NCBI RefSeq assembly: GCF_001194135.2
Contig: NC_068983.1
Coordinates: 152,114,273 to 152,150,509 of the forward strand
Direction of reading: 5' to 3'
Source of the DNA: Octopus bimaculoides
Lineage: Eukaryota
DNA length: 36,237 nucleotides
Position numbers and translations under genes: made by a program. Positions 1 to 10,468 of this stretch are shown in pieces (within the stretch, counting starts at the first letter, position 1; the number at the start of each line of letters is the position of its first letter). The notes under the pieces were generated by a model that was given only the letters and a program-made list of their open reading frames with translations, searched no databases and was not told where the DNA came from.

Positions 1-1799
1 TATATATATCCAAAGTTTTAAATTTAAATTTAAGAGAGAGATTTGACGCTAATATCCATTATTAATGTAATTTATTCCTATGTCAACATTTCTGTATAAA
101 GCTATATTTGACCGTCAAATTTAAGTCAAACATATAAGTTGCCTTACATGTCTTCAGGGAATACATTTGAGAACAAACAAAAAAACCTAACAAAAGTCAA
201 AAATAGGAGATCAATATATATATATCCTAAAAAGGAAATATGCACATCGAGAGGTGGATTCAAATCCTTTCTCTTAGCACGAAAATTACCAACAGCAACA
301 TAAATGAATAGGTTCAGATTTAGATTCATAACTTGGAATTATAAATTACAAATATTTTTTCAAAATGCACCAAAAATCAATGTTTGCAAAAAAAGAAATC
401 TTATAATGTGTCCCAACACTGTACAACCTAGAATATTGTAAATAGATATAATATTTAATCAATGTTAATTCTCTAAATGAAGTATTAACAGTAACTGCAC
501 GATAAAGTGTAGTATATTGCCACTTAAGTGTGGCTGACCCCTNNNNNNNNNNCAAAATCAAACAGAATGAAAAACAACTCCAGGAATGTATGTTACAATA
601 CACATATGTTATGCAAAACTGGACCCTGCTCATGTTTTTTTCATGTGGCTGGGGCCATTATAAATACAAGCACAATCTTATTTAGCCGGAATACAAATTA
701 CTGATATTAGAATTGAATCTAGTTGTGTGCACCTGTGAAACGGAATAGATAAATGTATCAGGGATAGATATTAAGCTAACACATCTATCAATTCAACTTT
801 TGTTCTCTCTGCGCGGAGATTTCCTCCAAAAATTGCATAATTATATTTAGATTCATCCTATCAAATAATTTATATTCCTCTCAGATATTCGTTGTTGAGC
901 TCTGACATATTTTGAAAAAAAATCTCGAGTATTTTTTAGAACATTTATAATTTATAACATCAATCATATGTTGAATCTAAACTTGTTTGATGCTCTTCGT
1001 TTTAAGTTATTTACACACATATAGAAAATATTCAAATTCAATAACAGTGGCATTTTAAATACAACATGATTAGAAGACAAGCTGTTTTCCATATATACAA
1101 ATATAAAACTGGATGATAAAACAGCAAAAAAACGGAAAATGCATAGCGGAAATTCTACAAAGGAAAATAAATCTCTCTTCCCACACACGAAGATAAATTC
1201 TGTAGCCTCTTACAAGAGACATCTCAGCCTAGATCAAATTACACTCTTCAATCTCGATAGTAACTTGCACTTACAACCGAAATATAACAGAAAGTTTAAA
1301 AAGTCCGTATTCAGACTAATCTACCAATCCTCATAATGCTGAGATATCTTATAAGAAAGACAAAAGAACTACAAACATCAATAATAACCTCCAAGATACA
1401 CCCCGAAGCGGATACGACAAACATGATTGCACATACAGCAACAAGCAATTATTTAACACAGCCTGAAATAAACTCTGCATGACTAAAAGAATAACAGAGC
1501 AGTATTAAAGGGTGAGAAGAATAGACATTTATAATCACGGATAAAAAAAAAAAACAAGTACGTTGCAAAAATTATTTTTTCAGCAACAAAAATGAAATTA
1601 TGCCGATTCAGAAAAAAATTAAATATTATTCAATTGTAAATTAAAACTGATAAAGTAATAACTTTGGTAAACACAAACACCAAAAATAGGGTCAGCTCAG
1701 CATCGTGACATTGATAGAGGTTTCATCCCGACACCTATCTACGAAACAATAAAAGTGTATGAACAAAATTAAGTCTCGCTAAACCTTAAACTTTCCAAT

Positions 1800-2480
1800 A
1801 AATGCACCAGCGTATAAAATCACTAACAAATAATACGCAACGGACAGATAAAGTATACAGCCATTCGAAGACTTGCATAATATCGAAGCAGATTCCACTG
1901 AAGGCGTCAACATCTTCACCAAAAAAGCAGAAAAGTCTGTTTAGAAAAGTTGTAGTACAAAAAAGAACAGAAGCTGTAGTATACAGACTATAGTTTAGAA
2001 ACTATATTAAACTTTTAATAAAAACAGTCAACAATAAAACCATTTAAAGGCAGTAAGTCCTTAAAAGGGGTAATCTTTTGTTCGCCCAAAGGGAAGTTAT
2101 TTAAGTAAGAATATAGACAATCTATGAGTCCTCATTAGGGCTCACGTTCATTATATTCTTTGTTGTTACTATTATAAACAATGAGGTATCTAGATACTTA
2201 ATGTAGGATATTATCCAGTTATGTGGACAATATACTCCTCGTTGTAATGGACAAACTGGAAAACCTGGAGATATTTGAAGAGACCAACACCGTACTAAAA
2301 TACAACATTCAGAACAACTAAAAATATAACTTCTGCTAATGGCTTTATTTTTAGACGTAAATATTCGAATATACAAGTATTACATCAAACCCAAATGCAC
2401 TAAAGGTATAAGTATATGCCTCTACTTACATGGCGACATTGAATGTAAATGGTGCAGTGTAATATACAATGTATGGTAAA
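1800..2480 (+). mobile_element. Decayed Penelope-like element (PLE) reverse transcriptase relic with stops and frameshifts; element probably extends further on both sides
   Basis: Manual translation gives PLE RT motifs in the right order across frames: KSLFRKVVVQKRTEAVVYRL (~1931-1990; cf. SLFTNVP..T...I..RL), SSLGLTFIIFF (~2128; cf. MGSPLGPTFANIF), SYVDNILLVV (YVD at 2220; cf. YVDD), FLDVNI (2348), YIKP and CLYLHGDIEC...SVI (cf. KPT...CL..DSECP..YK.SVI). Family match is from memory of PLE consensus motifs. Confidence 0.72.
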
Positions 2481-3651
2481 ATTACGTTGGAGAAGAGCAT
2501 TTAGATTCCCTTCGTACGTAGAGCACCAGGAATAGAAATATACGAAATAAAACAAACTTCAATCAACGACGGAAATTCCGAAAAATAACGGACCAAGCAA
2601 CAGAAAAATAAATTCGCAAATAAAATACAGAAATGCATCATATAACCACATCTATTAAAAGCACAGAAATTACTAATAAAATTAACTACAATATGAACAA
2701 AGAAAATGCCGTCAATCTCATGGAAAGACACACAGTGCCTTACACTGAACCATAAACTAACACTAGAATTTATTCCTAAAGCACTAGAATTATAAACTTT
2801 CTTGATAACAAACTAGAAGAATGAAAATACGCAAACAAACAATTATTGAACGATGTACATAACAAAATATGATTGCTAAAACGAAAGTTGTATACTTTGT
2901 AAATCCTATTAGCTATAAAAGAAAGATTTTCTCCCGCCATCCCATCATGTATTTATTACAAAAAGCAATAGCAATGCACTGCATTATGCAAAACAAAAAA
3001 AACACTTGATAAGAAAACATTGCAAAACAACATGCCTAAATTATACAAAATTTCTCACAAAATAATCACAAACACAATGCACTATCAACTAAATAACTGT
3101 AGAATATTCATACACCGAATATTTATGTCTTGACCACATTTAGTCGCTTTAATGACAAATTACTCATTCTTTCCTCAAATTCTAATATTGACTTTGTGCT
3201 GATGTTAAAAATCACAATTTATCATTGTTGTTATGTTGAGAAATACTCTAGCATTTGTGCGGTACCTGTGCACATACTAGATGACTACACATACTAGATG
3301 ACTAGATACTAGATGACTAGTATGACTTTAAAAAAAAGGTTTTGCTGCTATTTCTAGTATGTCAGTGACCACATAGTGGCTTTACTAATACGCATTTTAA
3401 ATTTATGGCATGTAATGAACGCTACCTCTTTTATAATTCAGTTTTGTATTCGTCTATATTACACGCCTAAGAACAAATTGTTAGTTTCGTCCACACCAAC
3501 TTTGATTGCAGTGAAATATGTTCTGTTCGAATAAGGATTATAAATCCTGGGACAAAGCACCCGCTATATTTAAACTAAAATTTTACTGTGGATGAGTTAG
3601 GTGTTGTTTTACATTTTGTTTATTTCATGTACCAATGGTGTTAATAATCAT

Positions 3652-3850
3652 TTCTACTATAGGCAAAGGCCTGAAATTTTGGAAGTGGGGGTTAGTCGGC
3701 AATATCGCCCCCAGAGCTTAACTGGTATCTGTTTTATCGACCTCGGAAGGATGAAAAGCAAAGTTGACCTTGGTGGAATTTGAACTCAGAACGTAAGAAG
3801 CGCTAAATATTTCACTCGCCGTGCTAACCATTTTGCCAGCTCGCCGCCTT
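3652..3850 (-). mobile_element. tRNA-derived SINE, family A (AAGGCGGCGAGCTGGCAGAA head)
   Basis: Reverse complement reads aaggcggcgagctggc...gagttcaaattcc (B-box-like)...gtcgataaaa...cccc...aaaatttcaggccttt, matching the other family A copies in the window. Confidence 0.9.
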
Positions 3851-3872
3851 AAACCAATGGCTTTAATAATGG

Positions 3873-4044
3873 TTTCAAATTTTGGCACAAGGACAGCAAT
3901 TTCAGGGAAGGAGTAAGTCGATTACATTGACTCCAGAATTCAACTAGTACTTATTTTATCGACCCCGAAAAGATGTAAGGCAAAGTCGGCCCCGCAGAAC
4001 AGAATTTGATTTCAGAACGTAAAGACGGAAGAAATGCCGCTAAG
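3873..4044 (-). mobile_element. SINE family A, 5'-truncated at the inner breakpoint of the left arm
   Basis: Same core as other family A copies; ends abruptly at ...ccgctaag (4044). Confidence 0.88.
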
Positions 4045-5171
4045 ATAGTTTTTATGATTATGACGGCCTTGGTAGTGGTGTTAGTGACGCATTAAATGCG
4101 ATAGTATGCGTCACGTGACGAGACAGAATAGACATTGTGAGAAATTGTTGCTGATGGTAATAGTTCTAGTGCAGGTGGTGCGCCCTCTGACGCTTGAATA
4201 CTTTCAACAGAATACATCCTACAGCAAACATTGCGGACAGTTCTTAGGGTATTAGCATCACTTCTCTCCTTCCTTCCTTCCACCATCCTTACAAGCCCCA
4301 TAAAGGATCATCCTCCACTGATTAAATCGTATCAAAATATGAAGGGAAAACAAACAAAAAAGCTGTAATCCTTGACGATTTTAATAATGATGCAGTTAAT
4401 TGTGAAAGTGTATGTCGTCACGTAGTTGGAAAGAGTAATGGCGGCTGTCATACTTTTGATAATAATAATAACAATGGCGGAGACATTGGAAGTTTTTGTT
4501 TGTGTTTGGTGATGGACGGTAAGTTGGTGCAAGCATGAAGTTGCAGGAGAGGGATGGGAAAGTTGGCAGCCATGTTTATTTTATATTTTTTGTTTTTATA
4601 ACATATATTTCATAGTCACACCTCTTTGCTTTTTCTCTAAATATCCCTAGCCCAACTCACATATAATCAAATCAACCCTCTCAGCAATCAACCGACCACC
4701 CACTCCTTAATATTTTTTAAATATTTTCTACATTGTATCTACTATGTTCAGTTCTTTTAACGACCCCCTATGCGCTGCACAATCATATCTCGCTCCCAAC
4801 GACCACCCAACGCATTATTGTACAACCACATCACACGTCGTAATGATTACTTAACGAACAAACAAGGCCACGAACTTGTAGAAACAATTTATAATCGTTT
4901 GAATTAACTCTACCGCTTCCTTCACGAGTAGATGGCTGGCGGCTGTGATATCACCACAGTTAAGATTACCACCGACGTTAACTCTAAGGCCTGCTACTAG
5001 CAGAACTACGAGCCTGCGAGGGAGCCTCTTGCGGTCACTAGAAGTACTTGAAATAGCTGAAACGTCTCAGGATTGTGAAGCAAACCTCTTTATCAATGGG
5101 CCATGCTTCCGATTCATTTACATGAATATCATTACCACCACTACCAGAGGAATAAAACTCTTAACATTATT

Positions 5172-5343
5172 AGAATCGTTAGCACATCGGACAAAGTGCT
5201 TAGCGGGATTTCTTCCGTCTTTACGTTCTGAATTCAAATTCTGTTCTGCGAGTCGATAAAATAAGTACCAGTTGAATACTGGAGTCAAGGTAATCGACTT
5301 ACTCCTTCCTTGAAATTGCTGTCCTTGCGCCAAAATTTGAAAC
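5172..5343 (+). mobile_element. SINE family A, mirror partner of 3873-4044, with a ~29-bp internal deletion
   Basis: Shares the diagnostic caaattctgttctgcg with the left-arm copy. Confidence 0.88.
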
Positions 5344-5364
5344 TATTATTAAAGACATCGGTTT

Positions 5365-5557
5365 AAGGCGGTGAGCTTGCAGAATAATTAGCACACCGAG
5401 TGAAATGTTTAGCAGTCCTTACGTTCTGAGTTCAAATTCCGCCATGGTCAACTTTGCCTTTCATCCTTCAGGGTCGATAAAATAGATACCAGTTAAGCTC
5501 TGAGGTCGATATTATCGACTATCCCCCTCTCCCAAAATTTCATGCCTTTTGCCTATA
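5365..5557 (+). mobile_element. SINE family A, mirror partner of 3652-3850
   Basis: Shares the diagnostics gagtgaaat, gataccagttaagctctg and cgatatt with the left-arm copy. Confidence 0.9.
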
Positions 5558-5942
5558 GTTGTTGACACTTCATCGATTACGACGTCAAGGGTTTCAGTTG
5601 ATCCGATCAACGGAACAGCCTACTCGTGAAATTAACGTGCAAGTGGCTGAGCACTCCACAGACACGTGTACCCTTAATGTAGTTTTCGGGGATATTCAGC
5701 GTGACACAGTGTGACAAGGCTGACTCTTTGAATTACAGGCACAACAGAAACAGGAAGTAAGAGTGAGAGAAAGTTGTGGTGAAAGAGTATAGCAGGGTTC
5801 ACCACCATCCCCTGCAGGATGCCTCGTGGAGCTTTAGGTGTTTTCGCTCAATAAACACTCACAACGCCCGGTCTGGGAATCGAAACCGCGATCCTATGAT
5901 CACGAGTCCGTTGCCCTAACCACTGGGCCATTGCGCCTCCAC
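5558..5942 (-). mobile_element. Full-length tRNA-derived SINE, family C (385 bp), with 9-bp TSD
   Basis: Reverse complement head GTGGAGGCGCAATGGCCCAGTGGTTAGGG...GGTTTCGATTCCC has A and B boxes; tail is (CAA)n. TSD ttgcctata at 5549-5557 and 5943-5951. Confidence 0.93.
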
Positions 5943-6645
5943 TTGCCTATAATAGAAATGAATATTTATACCATTGGCACAAAATAAACAAAATGTAAAA
6001 CAACACCTAACTCATCCACAGTAAAATTTTAGTTTAAATATAGCGGATGCTTTGTCCCAGGATTTATAATCTTTATTCGAACAGAACATATTTCACTGCA
6101 ATCAAAAGTTGGTGTGGACGAAACTAACAATTTGTTCTTAGGCGTGTAATATAGACGAATACAAAACTGAATTATAAAAGAAGTAGCGTTCATTACATGC
6201 CAGAAATTTAAAATGCGTCTTAGTAAAGCCACTATGTGGTCACTGACATACTAGAAATAGCAGCAAAACCTTTTTTTTAAAGTCAAACTAGTCATCTAGT
6301 ATCTAGTCATCTAGTATGTGTAGTCATCTAGTATGTGTAGTCATCTAGTATGTGCACAGGTACCGCACAAATGCTAGCGTATTTCTCAACATAACAACAA
6401 TGATAAATGGTGATTTTTAACGTCAGCACAAAGTCAATATTAGAATTTGAGGAAAGAATGTGTAATTTGTCATTAAAGAGACTAAATGTGGTCAAGACAT
6501 AAATATTCGGTGTTGCTCCAGCATGACCGCAGCGTTAGGATCATGCAATTCAGATACTCTACTGCACAGGTACTTTGTTTTTCGATCCTGGGATGATGGC
6601 AAAGTTAGCTTCAGTGGGATTTGAACCCGATACAGAGCAGGAACA

Positions 6646-6970
6646 AATTCTTTTCTACTCTAGGCGCAAGGGCTGAAATTTTGGAAGAGGGGGCTAGTCG
6701 ATTAGATCGAACCGAGTATGCAACTGGTACTTAATTTATTGACCTCAAAGGATGAAAGGCAGAATTTGAACTCAGAAAGTAAAGACAGACGAAATACCGC
6801 AACACATTTCGCCCGGCGTGCAAACCTTTCTCTTCTACTCTAGGCACAAGGCCCGAAATTTGGGGGGAGGGAGCCAGTCGATTAGATCGACCCCAGTACG
6901 CAACTGGTACTTAATTTATTGACCTCAAAGGATGAAAGGCAAAGTCGACCTCGCCGGAATTTGAACGCAG
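6646..6970 (-). mobile_element. Two tandem partial SINE family A copies
   Basis: Two units starting ttctactctaggc(g/a)caagg at ~6653 and ~6833, each with gtcgattagatcga and caactggtacttaattt. Confidence 0.9.
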
Positions 6971-7217
6971 TGCGTGAAATAGAAAATAAATGGAAAAAAA
7001 ATATATATATATGACATAGTTTCGCATAGTTTCCGTAAACCAAATTATTTCAGAAGGAATTATTCGGTCCGGAGTACCGACTGATCCCAGACCCACAATA
7101 TTTCCAAGCGTACTTCTTAACCACACACCCTTGTTTGCGCGTACTCTGAGGTATTTTTCATACACCATACTTTCTTAGTCTTGTTTACGAGTTTTCTTAC
7201 GTATATATTACGATTTT

Positions 7218-7399
7218 GAGGCGGCGGTATTTCATCTATCTTTATGTATTGAGTTCAAATTCTGCCGAGGTAGGCTTTGCCTTTCAGTCTTTCATCTTTT
7301 CATGGTCAATAAAATAAGTACCAGTCGAGCACCGGGGTCGATGTAAACGATTCCTCCATCCCCCAAAATTGCTTTCCTGATGCCAAAATGTGAAACAAT
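7218..7399 (+). mobile_element. SINE family A copy, internally deleted near the head
   Basis: gaggcggcgg...gagttcaaattctgccgagg...ataagtaccagt...cccccaaaattgc...tgccaaaatgtgaaac. Confidence 0.85.
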
Positions 7400-7452
7400 T
7401 ACATTACGTCTTCCTTAAGTCTGTCTTATTATGTTTCCTTACTACATGCTAT

Positions 7453-7812
7453 ATCTTCTTTTCTAACATAGGCACAAGGCACGAAATTTTGGGGGAGAGA
7501 GCCAATCGATTAGATCGACCCCAGTACGCAATTGGTACTTAATTTATGGACCCCGTAAGGATGAAAGGCAAAGTCGACCTCGGCGGAATTTGAATTCAGA
7601 ACGTAACGGCAGACGAAATAACACTAAGCATTTCGCCTAGCGTGCTAACGTTTCTACAAGCTCGCCAATTTCTACATGCTATACATTCTTTTCTAGTCTA
7701 CACACAAGGCCCAAAATTTTGGGGGAGAAGGCCAGTCGATTAGATCGACCCCAGTACACAACCGCTAAGCAATTCGCCCGGCGTGCTAACGTTTCTGCCA
7801 TCTCGCCGCCTT
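7453..7812 (-). mobile_element. Two tandem SINE family A copies separated and flanked by the same 11-bp direct repeat
   Basis: ctacatgctat at 7442-7452, 7672-7682 and 7813-7823. The second copy has a large internal deletion. Confidence 0.92.
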
Positions 7813-8169
7813 CTACATGCTATTTATTAAAACGTTCCAACGGATTTCTTTATTGCGTCTCGAGATGTCCATCCTTTTCCCTGTTTTATTTATTCCTACT
7901 GTTTCTTTGTATGAATTTATTTGTTACGCTTCTTATAGCTATTAGTAATCGTTGTTTGCTTTACACAGAAGCATGTCTTTGTCCAGCCTTCCATCTTTAA
8001 CTCCCCTTCACCATTGTCCATTCTTGTTAAATATTTGCATGACGATGTTCCTTCCCAGACATTATTAACATTATGATTTGTCAGGAATTAAATGCAAAAA
8101 TACAAATTAAATTAAAAAGAAAGAAAAAGAGGCAAGTAATAAATGAACTTAATATAGAAAACACACAAT

Positions 8170-8187
8170 ATCATCATCGTTTCTAAT

Positions 8188-8227
<40 letters not shown>

Positions 8228-8297
8228 GAATGATGATGATGATGATGATGATGATGATAATAATAATAATGATGATGATTATGATGATGATATGATT

Positions 8298-8334
<37 letters not shown>

Positions 8335-8621
8335 GAATGATGATGATGACGATGATGATGATGAAGAAGAAGAAGAAGAAGAAGAAGAAGAAGAAGAAGA
8401 AGAAGAAGAAGAAAAAGAAGATGATGTTTTTTATTTACCACAAGTGCACAAGTGTCGACAAAATATATAGGATACACGATCACCATCGTTGTCGTCGTCT
8501 TTATTATTACCATGATGATCATCATCATCACCTTCAGCAGCAATTGTACCAACACCCCCACTCCACCGTCATCATCATCGCCATCATCGTCATTATCATC
8601 ATCGTCGTCGTCGTCGTCCTT

Positions 8622-8667
<46 letters not shown>

Positions 8668-8830
8668 CCATCCTTATTATCATCTTCAACATCATCATCA
8701 TCACCATCCTTATTATCATCTTCAACATCATCATCATCATCCTTACTATCATCTTCAACATCATCATCATCATCATCCTTATTATCATCTTCAATATCAA
8801 CATCATCATCATCACCATCCTTATCATTAT
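8170..8830. repeat. Compound trinucleotide microsatellite: (ATG)n and (AAG)n, then (CAT/CGT)n with a higher-order ~33-36-bp unit
   Basis: Read directly; explains the poly-M/K/S/I/H ORFs. Confidence 0.97.
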
Positions 8831-9011
8831 AACAGCCAGCTGCTGTTAAACAATTTTGTTGTCCTTTGTCGTCCTACTTTTTTTTTTCTTTGAGTTTTGA
8901 TTTCGTAGTGAGTAGTTCAACTTTTCGAGGCGTTTAATTTGGTAAACTTACTTTAACCCAGTTGAAATTTGAGATGGTATAATGCGTGTAACTCGCTCAC
9001 GGTCGAAGTCC

Positions 9012-9068
9012 TTGATTGATTGATTGATTGATTCATTCATTCTTTCATTCATTCATTCATTCATTCAT
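9012..9068. repeat. (GATT)n-(CATT)n microsatellite
   Basis: Read directly. Confidence 0.95.
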
Positions 9069-9295
9069 CCTCCTGTATGTCTTATTCTCCCACATTCTCA
9101 AGTTATCTTCTGCTTCTTCCTCTGCATAGCCACCATATTACCTCCCTTAGTTTCACTGTTCTTCCTTACGGCTAGCTAACTATTACCTCTGTTATTACGT
9201 ATTTCTTTTTTTGTTTATACTTTGTTTGTATTGACCTCAATGCCTCAAACATACCATTTTGCTTGTTCTACATGTAACAATATTTTCAGCAGTTT

Positions 9296-9398
9296 TTAAT
9301 TCCGCCGAGGTCGAATTTGCCTTTCATCTGTTCGGAGTCGATAAATTAAGTACCAATTACGTAATGGAATCGATCTAATCGACTGGCCCCACTCCCCA
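9296..9398 (+). mobile_element. SINE family A 3' fragment
   Basis: aattccgccgaggtcgaatttgcctttcatc...gtcgataaattaagtacc...cgatctaatcgactggcccc. Confidence 0.85.
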
Positions 9399-9414
9399 AG
9401 ATATATCATGATAA

Positions 9415-9570
9415 AGGCGCAGGTATGATCATGCGGTTAAAAAGTTCGCTTCGAAACTCTTGGTTCCCGGTTTGATCCGACATCTCGTCTCCTTGGAAGA
9501 GAATTTGCTGACACCAACCCGGGTTAAGCTATTCATATGCCCAAAACGTGGCTCGGGAAATTGTGCAGAA
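9415..9570 (+). mobile_element. Highly degraded SINE family B copy
   Basis: aggcgcaggtatgatcatgcggttaaaaagttcgcttcg...ggttcccggtttgatcc resembles the 13583 head. Confidence 0.55.
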
Positions 9571-10420
9571 GCCCATTGCATCCACATACAGGGGATAGAG
9601 TATAACTTTAAATACAATGAGATCATTTTGTTTTACACTTTTCACGCTGATTCCACCTTGAGTACCACATGATGGTTACACGTGTCTGTGGAATATTTAG
9701 TTACACATAAATCGAGAACATAGCTCATTTGAACTGAGTGCCCATTGGCTATGGTGTAATGCAGTTTGGTCGAGGTATGGTGCAGAAACCATAACAAGAA
9801 TATGTATAGATGTAAAGGGTAAAGAGTCTCAAAAGCTGTGTGTTTATGGAAGAGAGGATGTTGCATGAGTATTAATCGAAAAATGTTTGTGTGCGTTTGT
9901 CTAAGGCGCATATGAGTGAGGGTGTATACACGCACATGAGCGTATATGTGAGTATATCTATCTTTAGCATTTATTGTTTGAGAAAAGTGTTTTGGTTTCT
10001 AATGTGGACTATAATTGAGCTCTATGGTGTATCCGGGTTACATTTAATATAAACGTTAGACATTTAAGGAGTCTCTCGTAAGAAATTAATGTGGGGAATC
10101 ATATAAGATATACGTGCATATGGACATCATATTCTATATATGATAACTATTAATGTGTGCGCAAAAATATTTTGGCTGTTAATTACCAGATAAATCTACG
10201 ATGAAGAATCAACCTGCTTTAGCCCTACAAGCTTTTTGTACGTTGTAGGCAACATTAACCAATATAGCCTTCTCCTTTTAAAGAAATGGTGTGTAATCTG
10301 AGGGAGCATTGATTGCTATTTCTTATAGGTCAAACGACTACGTAAGCACGACGAGCATCTAGCAAAATATACGCATTTGTATGTATGTGTGTGTGAGAGA
10401 GAGGGGGAGCGCGCGCGTGT

Positions 10421-10468
<48 letters not shown>

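Larger units (their letters stand above)
3112..4044. repeat. Left arm of a ~930-bp inverted duplication
   Basis: Reverse complement aligns continuously to 5199-6513 once the 5558-5951 insertion is removed. Outer ends are ACACCGAATATTTATG and CATAAATATTCGGTGT. Confidence 0.97.
5199..6513. repeat. Right arm of the inverted duplication, carrying a later 385-bp SINE insertion
   Basis: Direct base-by-base comparison with 3112-4044. Confidence 0.97.

Noticed and set aside
128-157. Minus-strand CTGAAGA followed by an 8-bp GCAA-capped hairpin, resembling a hammerhead core
   Set aside because: The stem is followed by TTTG rather than GAAA and I found no convincing stems I or III; probably chance.
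4045-5171. Palindrome spacer ORFs (4092-4301, 4332-4532, 4945-5259) as a possible transposase or cargo gene
   Set aside because: Short, low-complexity, no recognisable motif; 4945-5259 runs into SINE sequence.
5860-5942. tRNA-like sequence with A and B boxes
   Set aside because: It is the head of a TSD-flanked 385-bp SINE and lacks a proper acceptor stem, so it is not a tRNA gene.
8112-8849. Long ORFs rich in M, K, S, H and I
   Set aside because: Pure translation of trinucleotide microsatellites, open in several frames on both strands.
10329-10341. 13-nt micro-exon-like segment (ttcttatag|GTCAAACGACTAC|gtaagc)
   Set aside because: Not frame-preserving, unsupported, and expected by chance in 36 kb.
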